A stretch of 64,000 bases of DNA, taken from assembly GCA_009103225.1 (NCBI GenBank), contig RHPI01002504.1, positions 154,220 to 218,219 of the forward strand. The letters are read 5' to 3'. Below are positions 18,646-31,740 of this stretch, piece after piece. A model generated the notes under the pieces. That model was not told the origin of the DNA. It made no database searches and worked only from the letters and a program-made list of their open reading frames with translations. Position 1 is the stretch's first letter. The number at the start of each line of letters is the position of its first letter. The DNA is from Chlorokybus atmophyticus (taxonomy: Eukaryota; Plantae; Mesostigma and Chlorokybus algae). A program made the position numbers and the translations under genes.

Positions 18646-19921
18646 AAGCCTTAGGTTACTGATGGCGGCTGATAAAACCGGCGTCTCACAACCGAATTAT
18701 TGTGTCTAGAGAGGCGGTGGCGGCGGCAAAACGTCAATTGTGGGTCTATTAAATTTTCAACGATTCGCAACAAAAATATTGTGTTGTCACAAAACCAGAA
18801 GTAGCGGCGGTTTCGAAACGTTGTTTGGTATCGTTGGCCACTAGTTTCGTCGTTACTGTCCGTTTGTTCACCATCAGCATGGCTACTAGCCCTCGGTGGT
18901 ACACCCGCGTTGCGATTGCACATCTCATTGAGGTACATAAGTAAAAGTTTGCACCTGAAAATGATGTCATAACTATGAACGTTGACATGCAGGATGGATG
19001 CTACGCTGTATCCATTTCTTCCGCCTGCTGATGCATTGCAAATTGCCGCTACTGTCAATCCGCAGTCCGCATTTGCTCACATGCCGCAGCAACGCACTGG
19101 TTGGATGAAGAAAAAGCAATTCAGGCTGGCCGCCACTTGATGATGCTACACGCTTTGCTTTTTCGTGTTTGGTGTCAATGATGGAGCATTGTAATCCTCA
19201 TGGGATCCAGCTTGGTGGTATTATGCGGGTGTGTCATATTGCTAGCATAGATTACCGAAGCACTGAACCCACCAATCCCGATGAACTTCAGTGGTATAAA
19301 TTACAAAAGATGGCTTCGCGTCATCCGGTCAAAGATTAAGTCAACGCAAGAGGGGTACGTTTCTCAATCTTGAATGATACACAGACCAATGTAAAAATTC
19401 TGGTATTGACAGGTTCTAGACCGGAACCGGACCGGAACCGGTGGAGAAAATAAAAATTCACGCATATCATGCGTAGTACCTCATAATGTTCGTGTTGAAT
19501 TGGTGGCGGTCTCGATGTGCTGAAGGCATACAGCCTGCAATTGGCAAATGGGACAATTACCCAAATGACGAAAGCTCTGAACACCGTAAGCATCCAATGT
19601 TAAACACAGCTGCCGGATTGCATGTGTCTTATTCTATATTGACGTAGTTGTTTTTATGCTGCCGAGTTGGAGATTTTTGTGAATGCTTTAACCGTATTCT
19701 TCCGCAAACACGATCAGCGGCTGTTTGTGCGCTTGGAGGATGCAGCGTTTGTTTTGAGCGCACGCAAAGCGCAGTGTTTGCAGAACTTGTGAACTTGTAT
19801 AACGCGACATGTAAGGATGTTGATGTCAGCGAGGACATCAATGACGAGTCAGCAACGTGGGATCTCATAAACGGTGGGTAATTTCAATGTTTATTCGCGT
19901 GTATCTTTGTGTTAATGTATC

Positions 19922-20521
19922 ATGCGCAGGTCGCTTGCGTGCTCAGCTCCCAGATTGGTGTATTCTACTGTTGCTAATATGCGAGTTGTTCCGCTCAGCA
20001 TTGAATTGCATCGGCCGGATGATACCGAAGACCCCGAAAACCGACGGTTTCACGAAAGCGACGATGATGATGACATCAAAGAGGATCATGTTTATAAAGA
20101 GCCTGAACCCACGGGAAATGAGAATGATTTAAGATCGTCGTTGTTGGCGAGCACTAAAAATCTTATTCTGATTGTTGACGCCGATTATTCGGCGATAAAC
20201 AACTGGCGAAGACGGGCTGTATGGTTTTGGAGTATGTGTGCTCAAGATTGCCGCGTAAATAGACTCCAATCCGGCCCGGAAATCTTCATCAGCCGCGGCG
20301 ATTTCATTTGGGCCCATTGCATCGCCCTCAACTCGAGCACGCCAATGTGCATTCAGCAGATCGAAGAGACAATGCGAGCTGATTTTAAGTTAGCGCGTTC
20401 GACTGCTGCTGCTGTACCCTGCATTCATCAACCTCGACCACTCGCTTTGCCAGCACCTCAGCCCGCCGGTGCCATTGACGCCAGCCGCAAACGCCGTAGA
20501 CAATTACCGCTCACAGCCTGA
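19922..20521 (+). CDS. Intronless ORF of unknown function, 199 aa
   Basis: ORF track; protein-like composition (acidic stretch, RPLALPAP, terminal RKRRR possible NLS); no family recognised. Confidence 0.35.
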   Translation: MRRSLACSAPRLVYSTVANMRVVPLSIELHRPDDTEDPENRRFHESDDDDDIKEDHVYKEPEPTGNENDLRSSLLASTKNLILIVDADYSAINNWRRRAVWFWSMCAQDCRVNRLQSGPEIFISRGDFIWAHCIALNSSTPMCIQQIEETMRADFKLARSTAAAVPCIHQPRPLALPAPQPAGAIDASRKRRRQLPLTA

Positions 20522-20880
20522 GGTATTCGCATTTTCAATTTTACTAAGTCGAAGTGCATTTGGTTCTAATTCGATGCAGTTATTGCGGGACTTAGCTCCA
20601 CGTCCAAGATGAAGAGCCTGGGACTGCCGCAACATCTGTGAAGGTCGACGAGCCGGTCGCCAACCTCGTCGAGTACCCGCGAGTTTGTCAGCATTTCTCA
20701 CTGCAAATAACTTAATTAAAGATATATATTTACATTAAACTACACGAAGATATCCATCGAACAAATGTGCGTGTTTCATGAAAAAGAACGCAATAAAGGT
20801 TAAATTATATTTTATACTTCCGGTCATTGAGCATGTGTTGCAATGAAAATACTTGATATCAATACGTCAGCAGGCGCCGC

Positions 20881-21421
20881 TGTAACGGGAGCAATAATAA
20901 TAGGGGTAATTTGGCTACCTAAATAACACATTATGAATAAGTATCTAAATATGCTTATTTACACCTTTTTTCTACGGTTCCTCGCTTATTAAAGGCTATG
21001 ATGCTTTATCATAGCTTAAATAAGTTCCATTGGGTGTGAAATCGCTTATTCAAGCCTAATTAGTATCACATTTACTTAAATGTGATCACTATCTCGTTAG
21101 GTATCTTACGATATGTATGTTTCGATAGGTACCTTATCGATAGGTACCTTATTTGAGATGTGATTGGGCTCGAGCTAAATTTCCTAACTACCCTATCTGT
21201 AGGGTCGATGTCTAATTGTGAGTTAATTATCGAGAGGTACATATTTGATATACTCTTGATATTTGAGGTCACATCAGTTTGATGTGACTTCAAACTGATG
21301 TGACCTCACCATCAATTCTCTGCTCAGTGGCGGCCACGCCGCTGAAAGGCTGATCATAGGCGGTGTGGGTGTTGGGGTGGAGGATTGAAGGGGAATCACC
21401 GGCGACGGTGGTGTTGTTACA
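20881..21421 (+). repeat. 5' LTR of the chromovirus
   Basis: TGTAACGGGA...GTGTTGTTACA; aligns with 27312-27836. Confidence 0.95.
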
Positions 21422-22489
21422 TTGGTATCCAGAAGCGGGGGGGTGATGTGGGTGCTTATAGGGGGCGGCGACCTGCTTTCGGCCATTTAGAAGGCGGCGG
21501 CGGCGACCTCCTATTCGTCCATGCAGCCCAAGCTTCAAGTCAGCTTCCCTACGCTACCTCAACGTTGAAGCCACCCATCAAAGAGGTGGCCTCTGCACGT
21601 GTGAGGTACCGTCACACACGTCGGTGACTTGCGTGCTTGCCTGCTTGCCAGCTGCACGTGTGTATTTTCATGCACATCATTCAGTGACTTGCCAGTGTAT
21701 AAGTGCAGCTTGCTAGTTTGCCATCACTGCTTGTCACGCTTAGTGCACTATCATTGTTTGCAGTGATTGCCTTACATTGCATGCGGTGATTGCTTATCAT
21801 TGTGCTTGCCAATGCATGTCACAGTTGGTCACTGTACGGCTTGCATGTTGCATGACTGTGACGTACCTGTGACCAGGCCAGCTGCTTTTCTTAGTCGCTT
21901 GACCCGGGTCCACAAGTTTCGAACCAAGCTGTTCCCAAACCCTGCCCCTCTGGCTTCGGCCTGGAGATCGTGACTTGGTTAGGATAGTTTTGGGGAAGTT
22001 TTAGGACATTCTGTTCACAAACTCTGTTAGTCTGAAACCCTCCCCCTCTGGCTTCGGCCTGCAGATTGGGACTTGGTCGAGGACAACACAGGGTTAAGAC
22101 ATCCTGATTCCATTCAGACTTGTTCTGTTTGATGACACTCCAAATCCAACCTTTCTGTTTTGGGACTGGTTTGAACTCTGTCTGGGACTTTTACAACTTA
22201 AGGTCATTTTTATCCTCTCGTTGAACCTGGTCCATTGGTGAGGTTCTGACCATTCCAATTTGCCTGTTTTGCAGATAAATGGAAGAGAACTCGGTGCCCA
22301 CCTAAAAGAAGGAAAGCTCGCAAAAAGAGCAATTATCCCGTGAGGAGGAGTTTCCATCCATGGAGGATATTTTCAACCCGGATGATGCACCTAATGAGTA
22401 TCATGATGCTAAGGATGTGGATGCCTTGGTGGAACCAGACGGGCCACCACCACCACCATCATTCGTCAAGCGTGAATCTCTACTCGCCT

Positions 22490-23485
22490 GACGAAACAGG
22501 AGCTGATGGACCACTTTCTTGGCACCTATGATGAGAAGCCTCGTGAGGCGATTGTCTTGCTCGTCAACTTCCTCTTTCATGTGGTGGAAACGATCTCAAA
22601 GCTCACCACCTTTATCGGGCGTTGGGAGGGATCGATGGGTGAAGGCAAATGTGTTCTGAACATGAACGAGCGCCTTCAACGCTCCAACAGTGGTCCACCT
22701 GTTCAGGCGCTTGCTCGTCCTGTCGAGTTTGTTCCCAACAAGCAAGCGGCAAATTTTGACTGGCTCGTGAAGCTGAGACACTATGTCAACTCCCTTCACA
22801 TTTCTGAGGAGGGGAAGTTGCGTGTAGCTGAGTTGCTGATTTCAAACGATGCTCTGGCAGAGTGGTATCGCCGTAAGCAACGTGATACGAACCTCGGGCG
22901 GGAAGTGAATCAATTATGCTCTTTCATGGAGCAGCGCTATGGCGGCGCAGATCCTGCCTAGGTTGCTCGCAACCAGCTGCACAATCTGCGTCAGACGGGC
23001 TTCCGGTTCAGCAGTATATCCAGGACTTCCAGTCTTTTGTCAATAAGATCAATGCTGGCAAACTACCCATCAGTGATGCTGATCAGCTGGATATGTTCAG
23101 GCGTGGCTTGGACACTGATCTCGTGCAGTATGTAGCCGTCAACCCCGCGAGTTTGCAAGAGTGGGCCTCGACGGATTTGCCAATGCTGATGCAGATGGTT
23201 GCTGCTGTGGACAGTGTGAAGCGCTCTTACGCAAACATGCAAACCACAGCAAAAGAGGCATCCCCGGCTTCAGCTGCAAAGCGCCCGGCCACTGACAACA
23301 AACCTTTTGTGACAAAGGCGAAAACATCTCAGCATGCTGGCCCCTACAACGCGGCCAAATTTACCATCACTTGCAACTTCTGCAAGAAGATAGGTCATGG
23401 GGAGGCCAAGTGCTATGCAAAGCAGAATGCACAGAAGGCCAAGCGGCAGAAGGACAAGAAAACAGAATTTGTCCGTGGTTGGTAG
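22490..23485 (+). pseudogene. gag: gag (capsid plus CCHC zinc knuckle), disrupted
   Basis: FDWLVKLRHY, QQYIQDFQSFV..DQLDMFRRGL, CNFCKKIGHGEAKC; in-frame TAG at 22959-22961 and a frameshift shortly after. Confidence 0.85.
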
Positions 23486-26400
23486 CTTAGTCAAGCAGAA
23501 CGTCTTTCAAAACTCTGTACTTCTTGATAAAGTTTCCTCTCTTTGCGATGTATCAGATGTATGGACTGATATGAGCACACTACATGTGTTGACAAATGCA
23601 GACGGTTGTGTTTTAATCAATATCCCATTCTCTGAATTGGTAACTGCTGTTAAGCACTTACACAAGTTGCAATTACAACATGCTGTCATTGCATGTGTAG
23701 TTATCCCTCAATATCATGGCACGTGGTCGCAGCTGTTGAAAGGGGGAGAAGTAACTATGCAACTCTCATGCAAAGATACAAGAACTTCACCGTTACAAGT
23801 GATCTTTATCAAGCCTGCTACCAATCACGGCACTTCGACATTAGCTACATTTGATGGTCACTCAGGGCCATTCAAATGGAGATTTGAGAGTCAACTTATT
23901 AGTACACCATGTACAGCATTGATTGATACTGGTGCAAACCATAACTTTGTTAGACATGCTTGGGTGAGACGTAATAACATATCTTTCACAACGGTCATGT
24001 CGTATATACGTGCTGCTGGTTCCACCCTCAATGCAATTGGGGAGGTGAAGGGGCGTTTGTTATTAACAGCCACAAGACTCGACCAACTTTCATCGTGATG
24101 GATATAGGTATCCCCGGGGTGGATGTTGTTTTGGGTGAACAGTGGCACACCGAAACAAGTTTGCAATTGGACTCTCGAGTAAATACGTGCACCCTTTGTA
24201 AGGGTGAACGTAAGGTGACGTTACCGCACCTGTACTCGCACGTGTTGCTCGCGACAATGTTCCACTCCTCTCTGATATGCAATTTAAACGTTGCATGCGT
24301 AAACGTAAGGAAGTATATTTTATGCACTTACGACAGGTAGACACCTATTGAACAGGTCGTAACTGACCTCGTGGTGCAATCACTTACGGAACAATACGCA
24401 GATGTATTTCAGGATGATTTCCCGGAGTTGCCTCCTGATAGAAACATACATCATACCATTTCGTTGGAAGAGGGGGCAAAGCCACCTTGACGGCCTATCT
24501 ATAGGCTAAGTCCCTTGAAACATGCAGAAATGGAAAAACAGCTCAAAGAGTTATTGGACAAAGGTTTGATAACCAAGAGCATATCTCCTTTTGGTGCACC
24601 AATTTGTTTGTGCCCAAAGAATGGCAAGATACGCATGTGTATTGATTACCGTGCGTTTAACAAGGTAACTGTGAACAACAGATACCCTTTGCCTCGGATT
24701 AATGACTTATTTGATAATCTGTCAGGTGCAACAGTGTTCAGCACACTGATTTTGACCAATGGTTATTATCAAATAAAAATCTACCCGTCAGATATACAAA
24801 AAACTGCATTTCGCACCCCAATAGGACACTTTGAGTATAAAGTGTTACCATTTGGGTTAACAAATGCACCAGCTACATCTCAGGCAGCAATGAACGCGGT
24901 ATTTGCTAATGAATTGTACAAGTTTGTACTGGTATATCTTGTTGACATTATTATGTTCAGCAAAACCCCGAGAGGAACACCACAAGCATGTGGAATTGGT
25001 TCTAGCTACGTTACACGAACACAAATTCTGTACCAACCTGTCCAAATGCAACTTTGCAAAAGATGAACTACCCTTTTTAGGACATGTGATTGGCAAAGAA
25101 GGATCAAAACCAGATCCTAAAAAGGTGTGTTTGGTGAAGGATTTGCCACCACCCAAGTATGTACATCAATTACGTGCTTTCTTGGGGCTAGCCAATTATT
25201 TCCGCAAGTTCATGCAAGCATATTCTGGCATGGCAAATCCTTTAACATCTTTACTGAAGAAAGATGTTAATTTGTGTGGACAAAGGCACACAATGTTGCT
25301 TTTACATGCATTAAAGATGCGTTAACACAAGCCCCTGTGTTAGCCTTCCGCGACCACACCAAGCCTTTTATAATGATCAGTAATGCTTCCACCATTGGGT
25401 GTGGGGCACTCCTACAGGTTGATAGACCATGTGCATATGAAAGCAGAAAGTTCATTCCTGCTAAACGTAATTACATAACCATTGAGCAGGAATTGCTCGG
25501 AGTGGTGCACGCGCTGCGCACATGGCGTTGCTACTTGGAAGGTGTGGAATTTTTTTTAATTACTGATCACAACCCGCACACATTCTTTCATACGCAACAG
25601 AACCTGTTGAGGCGGCAAGCTAGGTGGAATGAATTCATTTCTCGTTTCACTTTCACTTGGCAATACCGTCCGGGTCGCACCAATGTGGTGTATCCATTAA
25701 GTCGTAGCCCTGCTCTTTTGGGCGCTGACGCGCTCTCAAAGTACGCGTAATATGCAACAGCTGAAGATCCTTTCCTAAAGGAAGTGTCCACAGGTTACAA
25801 CTCAGATGATTGGTTTAGAAGTCAAACCAACTACTCTGTGGTATAAAGGGGAGCAGTTGGCAATTCCCAACTCAGACGACTTGCGTAAGCAATGCTTACA
25901 ATCAGTGCATGACCCGCCGTACGCTGGGCATTTGAGAAAACACAAAACATTCAAAGCTGCGCAACAGTTATACTGGTGGCCGTCAATGTCAGCTGATGTG
26001 GAGCAATATGTTCGCACATGTGACGTGTGTCAACGTAATAAGCCACTACGACAAGAACAAGCAGGATTGCTTAAACCATTGGCAATCCCAGAACAAAAGT
26101 GGGATAGTGTCAGTACGGATTTGATTACTGACCTACCTAAAACAGCAGCCATATACACTGCTATTGTGGTTTTTGTCGATCTTTTGACCAAAAAGGTGCA
26201 TTTTGCCCCGTGTTGCACAACTGTGAGTGCACGGGACTTAGCACATTTATTTGTGTCCACGGTCTTTCGAGTTCAGGTGTACCGCGTGAGCTTATCACAA
26301 ATCGTGATCCTCGGTTTATCTCCAAGTTTTGGAGAGAAGTCTGTGAATTGTTGGGGGTAAAACAAAGCATGTCGACTGCTTTCCACCCGCAAACGGACGG

Positions 26401-27141
26401 ACAAACTGAGCGAGCAAATCAAATACTAAAAGAAATGCTTCACCACTATGTGGCTCCTAACCATGCTGATTGAATCAGGTACTTGCCAATGGCAGAGTTC
26501 GCTGTGAACAATGCGTGGCAGGAAAGTGTAAAGGCAACCCCATTTTTCTTGAATTATGTGATTCGCCCGAACACACCAGCGCCATTGTGTGTACCTCGGA
26601 ATGCCCTGACTGTACCAGCGGCAAAGGAATGTGCCATTGATATGCAAGAAAATTTGGCTCGAGCCAAGCTATGTCTGTTAAAAGCACAGGACAGGCAAAA
26701 AGCTTATGCTGATACACATCGAAGAATAGCCACTTTCGATGTCGGCGATAAAGTTTTGCTTAACGCAAAGAACATAACATTAAAGGTACGGGTGCTCGCA
26801 AGTTGCTGCCCCGATGGTTAGGTCCTTTCTCTATCATTGATAGAGTTGGTACGGATGCTTATCGGTTGCAATTGCCCCCAAGTGTGCGTATACACAACGT
26901 GTTCCATGTGAACTTGTCGAAACCTTACCGCTCAGACGGTAGAACACAGCGTCCACCACCGCCAGTTGAGGTGGACAGCGAGCTCGAATACGAGATGGAA
27001 GCTATATTGAACCATATGCTAAATAGTCAAGGACGCGCAACTCGCTATTTGGTGAAATGGAAAGGGTATGGCCCAGAACATAACAGTTGGGAGCCCGACA
27101 GGCATCTTACGCACTGCCGCGAGTTGCTTCGAGCTTATTAG
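23397..27141 (+). pseudogene. pol: pol: protease, RT, RNase H, integrase, chromodomain; many frameshifts and stops
   Basis: ALIDTGANHNFV; YPLPRINDLFD, FEYKVLPFGLTNAPAT, YLVD in place of YLDD; YESRKF..EQELL; GH..CDVCQ, WDSVSTDLITDLP; EYEMEAIL..RYLVKWKGYGPEHNSWEP. Confidence 0.95.
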
Positions 27142-27311
27142 GATTCACGTCATGTCCCGTAAACTGTGGGCTTGGTTTTTTTATGACAGACTGTCAGTGC
27201 AGTTTCATTACCACCCTGTCATTTCCTGCTATCTCACTGGTTACAATCACTCAAAGTCAAGCCTGGTCAACTTGGGTTCAACGAGGACGTTGAAAACCCA
27301 TATGGGGGGAA

Positions 27312-27836
27312 CGTAACGGGAGCAATAGTAATAGGGGTATGATTTCCACAAAAATAACACATTTTGCATGAATAAGTATTTAAATATGCCTATTTATACC
27401 TCTTTTCTACGGCTCCTCGCTTACTCAAGGCTATGATGCTTTATCATAGCTTAAACAAGTCCCAATGGGTGTTGAACCGCTTATTCAAGCCTGTTTAGTG
27501 TCACATTTAATAAAATGTGATCACTATCTCGTTAGGTACCTTACGATAGGTATATTTCAGTAGGTTCCTTATCGATAGGTACCTTATCTAAGCTGTGATT
27601 GGCTCACGCTAAATTTCCTAACTACCCTATTTGTAGTAGGGTCGATGTTTAATTGTGAGTTAATTATCGAGAGGTATATATTTAATATACTCTTAATATT
27701 AAAGGTCACATTAAACTGATGTGACCTCATTTTCAGTTCTCTGCTCAGTGGCGGCCACGCCGCTGAAAGGCTTGTCATAGGCGGTGTGGGGGTAGAGGAT
27801 TGAAGGGGCATCACAGGCGACGGTGGTGTTGTTACA
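27312..27836 (+). repeat. 3' LTR of the chromovirus
   Basis: CGTAACGGGA (TG changed to CG)...GTGTTGTTACA followed by the TSD. Confidence 0.95.
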
Positions 27837-29659
27837 GCCGCACAATAGTTGCGCGGGGCGAACACAAGCGACCAACTGTGATTTAACAAAACACAAGTAA
27901 ACGGGACTAGTGCCGTTATCATTAAACATTATCACCATGAATCAAACTGCAGGCCGTTATCGTTTTGTCGTTTTTCCGTTAGTAGTATATGTATAGACAT
28001 AGTTATGCACGTTGTATACAATGATATGTTAATACCCAAATGGTTATGATAACGTTATGTGCTGAACTATCGAGTACATGCATAACGTAACTACCACGTA
28101 TATCTTAGCGTCGCAATATGGATCTTATTTTCATTTGTTTGCTTGGCAGCGGCGACGGCGGAACAACATTTCGCCGCAGCGAGAAGTTCTTGGCCACCAT
28201 TTACAATCAAGTAAGCTGCGAGACTTTGAATATATCAAGATAGCGCACCCCATGGATAGCGTGACAGCTACATGTATATCTATTTTGCCAATTGCATTCG
28301 AAGACAACATATTTTCATGGCAAACTCTGTGTCGCAATACATTTCAATGCATGTTATGCTGCTGTTGTTGCGGAAAAATACAACTGGGCAGCGCTGGCAC
28401 TCACTCTTTAGTCAAACCGTTTATGCCGTGTCCACCGTACGCATTGGCCAACATGTTCATGCAAACATCCATAAAGCGTAATAGCAGATGGGCCATATGT
28501 AGCGCATGCAAGCGCAATCACTCCAGCAAGTCGCGATTGCTAAACACGATAAGTTGCACGCACTTCCGTCATGTACTTCGCGTAAAACCTTTGCATTTAA
28601 TGCTGCTATCATTGCTGAACACAAAGTTGAGTCTACATAAAGAATATTCAAGCGTTGAGTACACTTATGGAAGCATTGATGTACATTCCGTTTTTGCAGG
28701 ACCATTAGTTCAATGGGCTGATAACAAACTACGAGTTAACAACTAATCATCCGAATTGCATCATATTTTAGGCATGATGTTGGCTATGAATAAATATGTT
28801 CAGCGCTATCAGACGATCTTGGAACAACCGCAGTCTGATTTGGGAGGTAAAGTCCCCTGATTTGGGGATTGGCCGTTTTTGGGTGATATCAGGCGGCCTA
28901 CTTAATCTTTCCCGGCCATATTATAGGGTGGGATAGCTCTTGTATAGACCTACCCAACGAACCCATAACCTCCTGCAACGGCTCAGTAAGGCGGAAGTCT
29001 TAAGTTTTCAAATAAGAGAATATTATTGTTCAAAACGGGGTGATGCTATCTCCAACTTTGACTGAACATAACTTTTGCATATGTCAACCAATTTGGATGA
29101 TTGTTTGTTTGCTGCGTTTCTATAGGAGCTTATTTCCAAAGTTTGATGCTATTCTACGCGGTTATGACAAAGTTACAAACTTCATAATTTTAGGGCAACG
29201 CGCAACGTTCTACCAAAGTGAGTAAGTTGTGGATATGGCCATTGTGGGTGTTGGAATGCCGTAGGAGGCCGTGTTTGGTGTTGTATTGTGTGCTGTGTTG
29301 CTACAAACTAGTCGAAGTTGAGTGCTGGGGTGTAGTTGAGGAGCACATTGGGGGGGGTTGTGGTATGCGAAGAGGGAGAGGGGGAGGAGGAGAGAGTTGC
29401 TGTGAGTTGTGCGTGTATAGACGGGCAAGGAGCAGACCAAGCAGTCACAGAGTAGTGCAGCTGCAGACTTGCATTGCCAAGTAGTTGTGCTACAAGCCAA
29501 GACTCTACCTCTGCAAGTATCTACGCTACCTCTACCTCTACTCTATGGTGCACAGCAACTCTGCCAGGGTGGGTGTATTGCAATGCTTAGCATGCTGATC
29601 GTCATTGTGGCCTTGCCACTCAGACCACCCTGTGCATCATCATGCTGGTGCACTGACTT

Positions 29660-31701
29660 GCAGCACTCAGGGCAAGCGTGTGAAGGCCAAGACACCCATA
29701 GCGCGCATGAGGAAGAGGTTGCACAACAACTACATCGACATGGTTGAAGAGATCCAGCGCGCAGTGGCTAGCATCAAGCAAGGCTGCATGAATGTTAGTG
29801 ATGCAGTGAAGGAGCTTGGAATACCAGATCACAACCATGTGGAGGTTTGTTGCCAAGCCAGACTCCCTCCCCACATACAAGTAAGTTGCTAACCTACAAA
29901 GCCTGGTGTGCACTGTTAGTCAAGTGAGTAGGTCTAGGCATTAACTCATGTGCATGCTGCGTAGGTTTGCAGGTGCGCCCATTATATTCACTAACACTAA
30001 GTAGGAAGACTTAGCAGAGTTTGTGCGTGCACGCAATAAATGGGGTCGTGGCATGACATGGACGGAAATTTGCATTGAGGGTGGGAAAAGACTTGTTGGT
30101 GATGAGAGAGCTAAGCTATTTAAGGGAGGAGTATCTGGCAAGCGGTGGTTTGAGGGCTTCAAGAGAAGAAAGTGCCTGGTCACCAAAAAAGCGGAACCCC
30201 TGGACAAGTCCCACAGAGTATCTCTCTCCAAGCCTGTTGTATACTACTACTTTGAGATGCTTGCGAAGACGGTCAAGAAGTTGGGTGTGGGACTAGAGAG
30301 GATCATATCCGCTGATGAAGTGGGTATTGAGCCTGATACGAGCATGCAGAACCAAAGGATCATTTGCGAAAGGTACACACATGTTACAAGTCACACGCAC
30401 GCACATGCATGCACACATTGTTACAAATCACAACTACACCTGCCCACACATGCACAGACATGCATGCATACTTTGTTACAAGTCACACGCACACATACAC
30501 CCACATGCACATGTTGCAATCATTGAACCATGATTGACCACATCTAACAAGCTGACCTGTTTGCAATGGGGCAAAGTGGGCGCTGGCTACCACCACTGGC
30601 AGCCGCGAGCACATCATCCTTATGTGCGCCGTTATTGGAGCTGGCCTCGCAGTTCCCCCTCTTGTCATTATCAAGGGGCGACGCTTAACAGTGGATGCCA
30701 AGGGCGTTGATGTACATGGAGCAAGGTTTGCAGCCTAAGAAAACGCTTGGATGATCACGGACATCTTTGAGATCTGGATCAAAAGCTGGCGGAGTGGATC
30801 CCGGGAGGAGTGAGCCCTACCAATCCTGCTGTTAGTGGTGGACGGACATGTGAGCAGATACAATGCCAAGATGATCCGCTATGCCCAAGACAAGGGCCTT
30901 CACATCCTCGTCCTTCCACCCCACACCACGCCTGCAAGTGCTGGATGTATCTTGTTTCCACCCGTTTAAGGAAGCATACGGGAAGGAGTATAGACTGCGC
31001 CAGGAGACTAGATACAACTTTGAAGCAAAGAGTTCCTGCGGCTGCTTGTGAAGCCTTACTACGTAGGCCTCTCTCCTGCCATCACCATTGCGGGCTTCCG
31101 AGCATGTGGGCTTTGGCCACTCAACATGCACGCGCTCAACGAAGTACTTCACAGATGCCCCCCCTCCTCCTTCTGGCCTGTCCAGCCTGCTGGATGCCAT
31201 GGAGAAGGGTGATGAGCCAGAGAACAGCAGCAGCAATGCGCACAACACCAACAACAATGCGGACAACAGCAACAACAACAACATTGCAGGAGTTGGTGCC
31301 ATAAACACTGAGGCAACAACCAAACGCAAGAGCGGCTTGAAGACCTCGCAGTTGCCTACGAGCGACAAAATAGTTGAAGGCTTGGAAAGGCAAGATGCAG
31401 AAAAAAGGCAGAGAAAGAGAGAGCAGTCCAAGCACGCAAGGAAGCAGCCTAGACATGCAAAGAAGAGGCAGCAAAGGCACAAGCAGCAATTGCAAAACGT
31501 GTGCAACCCAAGAAGAAGCCGGCAGCCCTTAAGAAGATGCTTTTTTTTTAGAGAGAAGGCTGCGAAGAAGCAAGCCAAGCTTGATGCTGAGAGAAAAAGA
31601 CAACAGCAAAAGCAGCAGGCGCAGCAGGAAGCACAGCAAGCACAACAGGCTGAGAGGGAGGCAAGGGAGATAACAGCAAGAGAGGCAACAGAACTGATTA
31701 T
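29660..31701 (+). pseudogene. pogo/Fot1-like (HTH + CENP-B HTH + DDE_1) transposase gene, 5' part, degenerate
   Basis: EIQRAVASIKQGCMNVSDAVKELGIP; GKRWFEGFKRR; RIISADEVG; VPPLVIIKG; NAWMITDIF; LLVVDGHVSR; LPPHTT/LQVLDVSCFHPFKEAY; several stops and a frameshift. Its own TIRs were not found. Confidence 0.85.
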
Positions 31702-31740
31702 CACCGGTAATTATGAGACCCCCGAATTTTTGAAAATTCA

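Larger units (their letters stand above)
20881..27836 (+). mobile_element. Degenerate Ty3/gypsy chromovirus
   Basis: LTRs 20881-21421 and 27312-27836; TSD GCCGC at 20876-20880 and 27837-27841; iMet-like PBS TGGTATCCAGAAGC at 21423; PPT TATGGGGGGAA at 27301; gag, protease, RT, RNase H, integrase, chromodomain in gypsy order. Confidence 0.97.

Noticed and set aside
28980-29230. Left TIR of the pogo-like element
   Set aside because: No matching inverted repeat found in the window; the right end probably lies beyond the second CMC insertion
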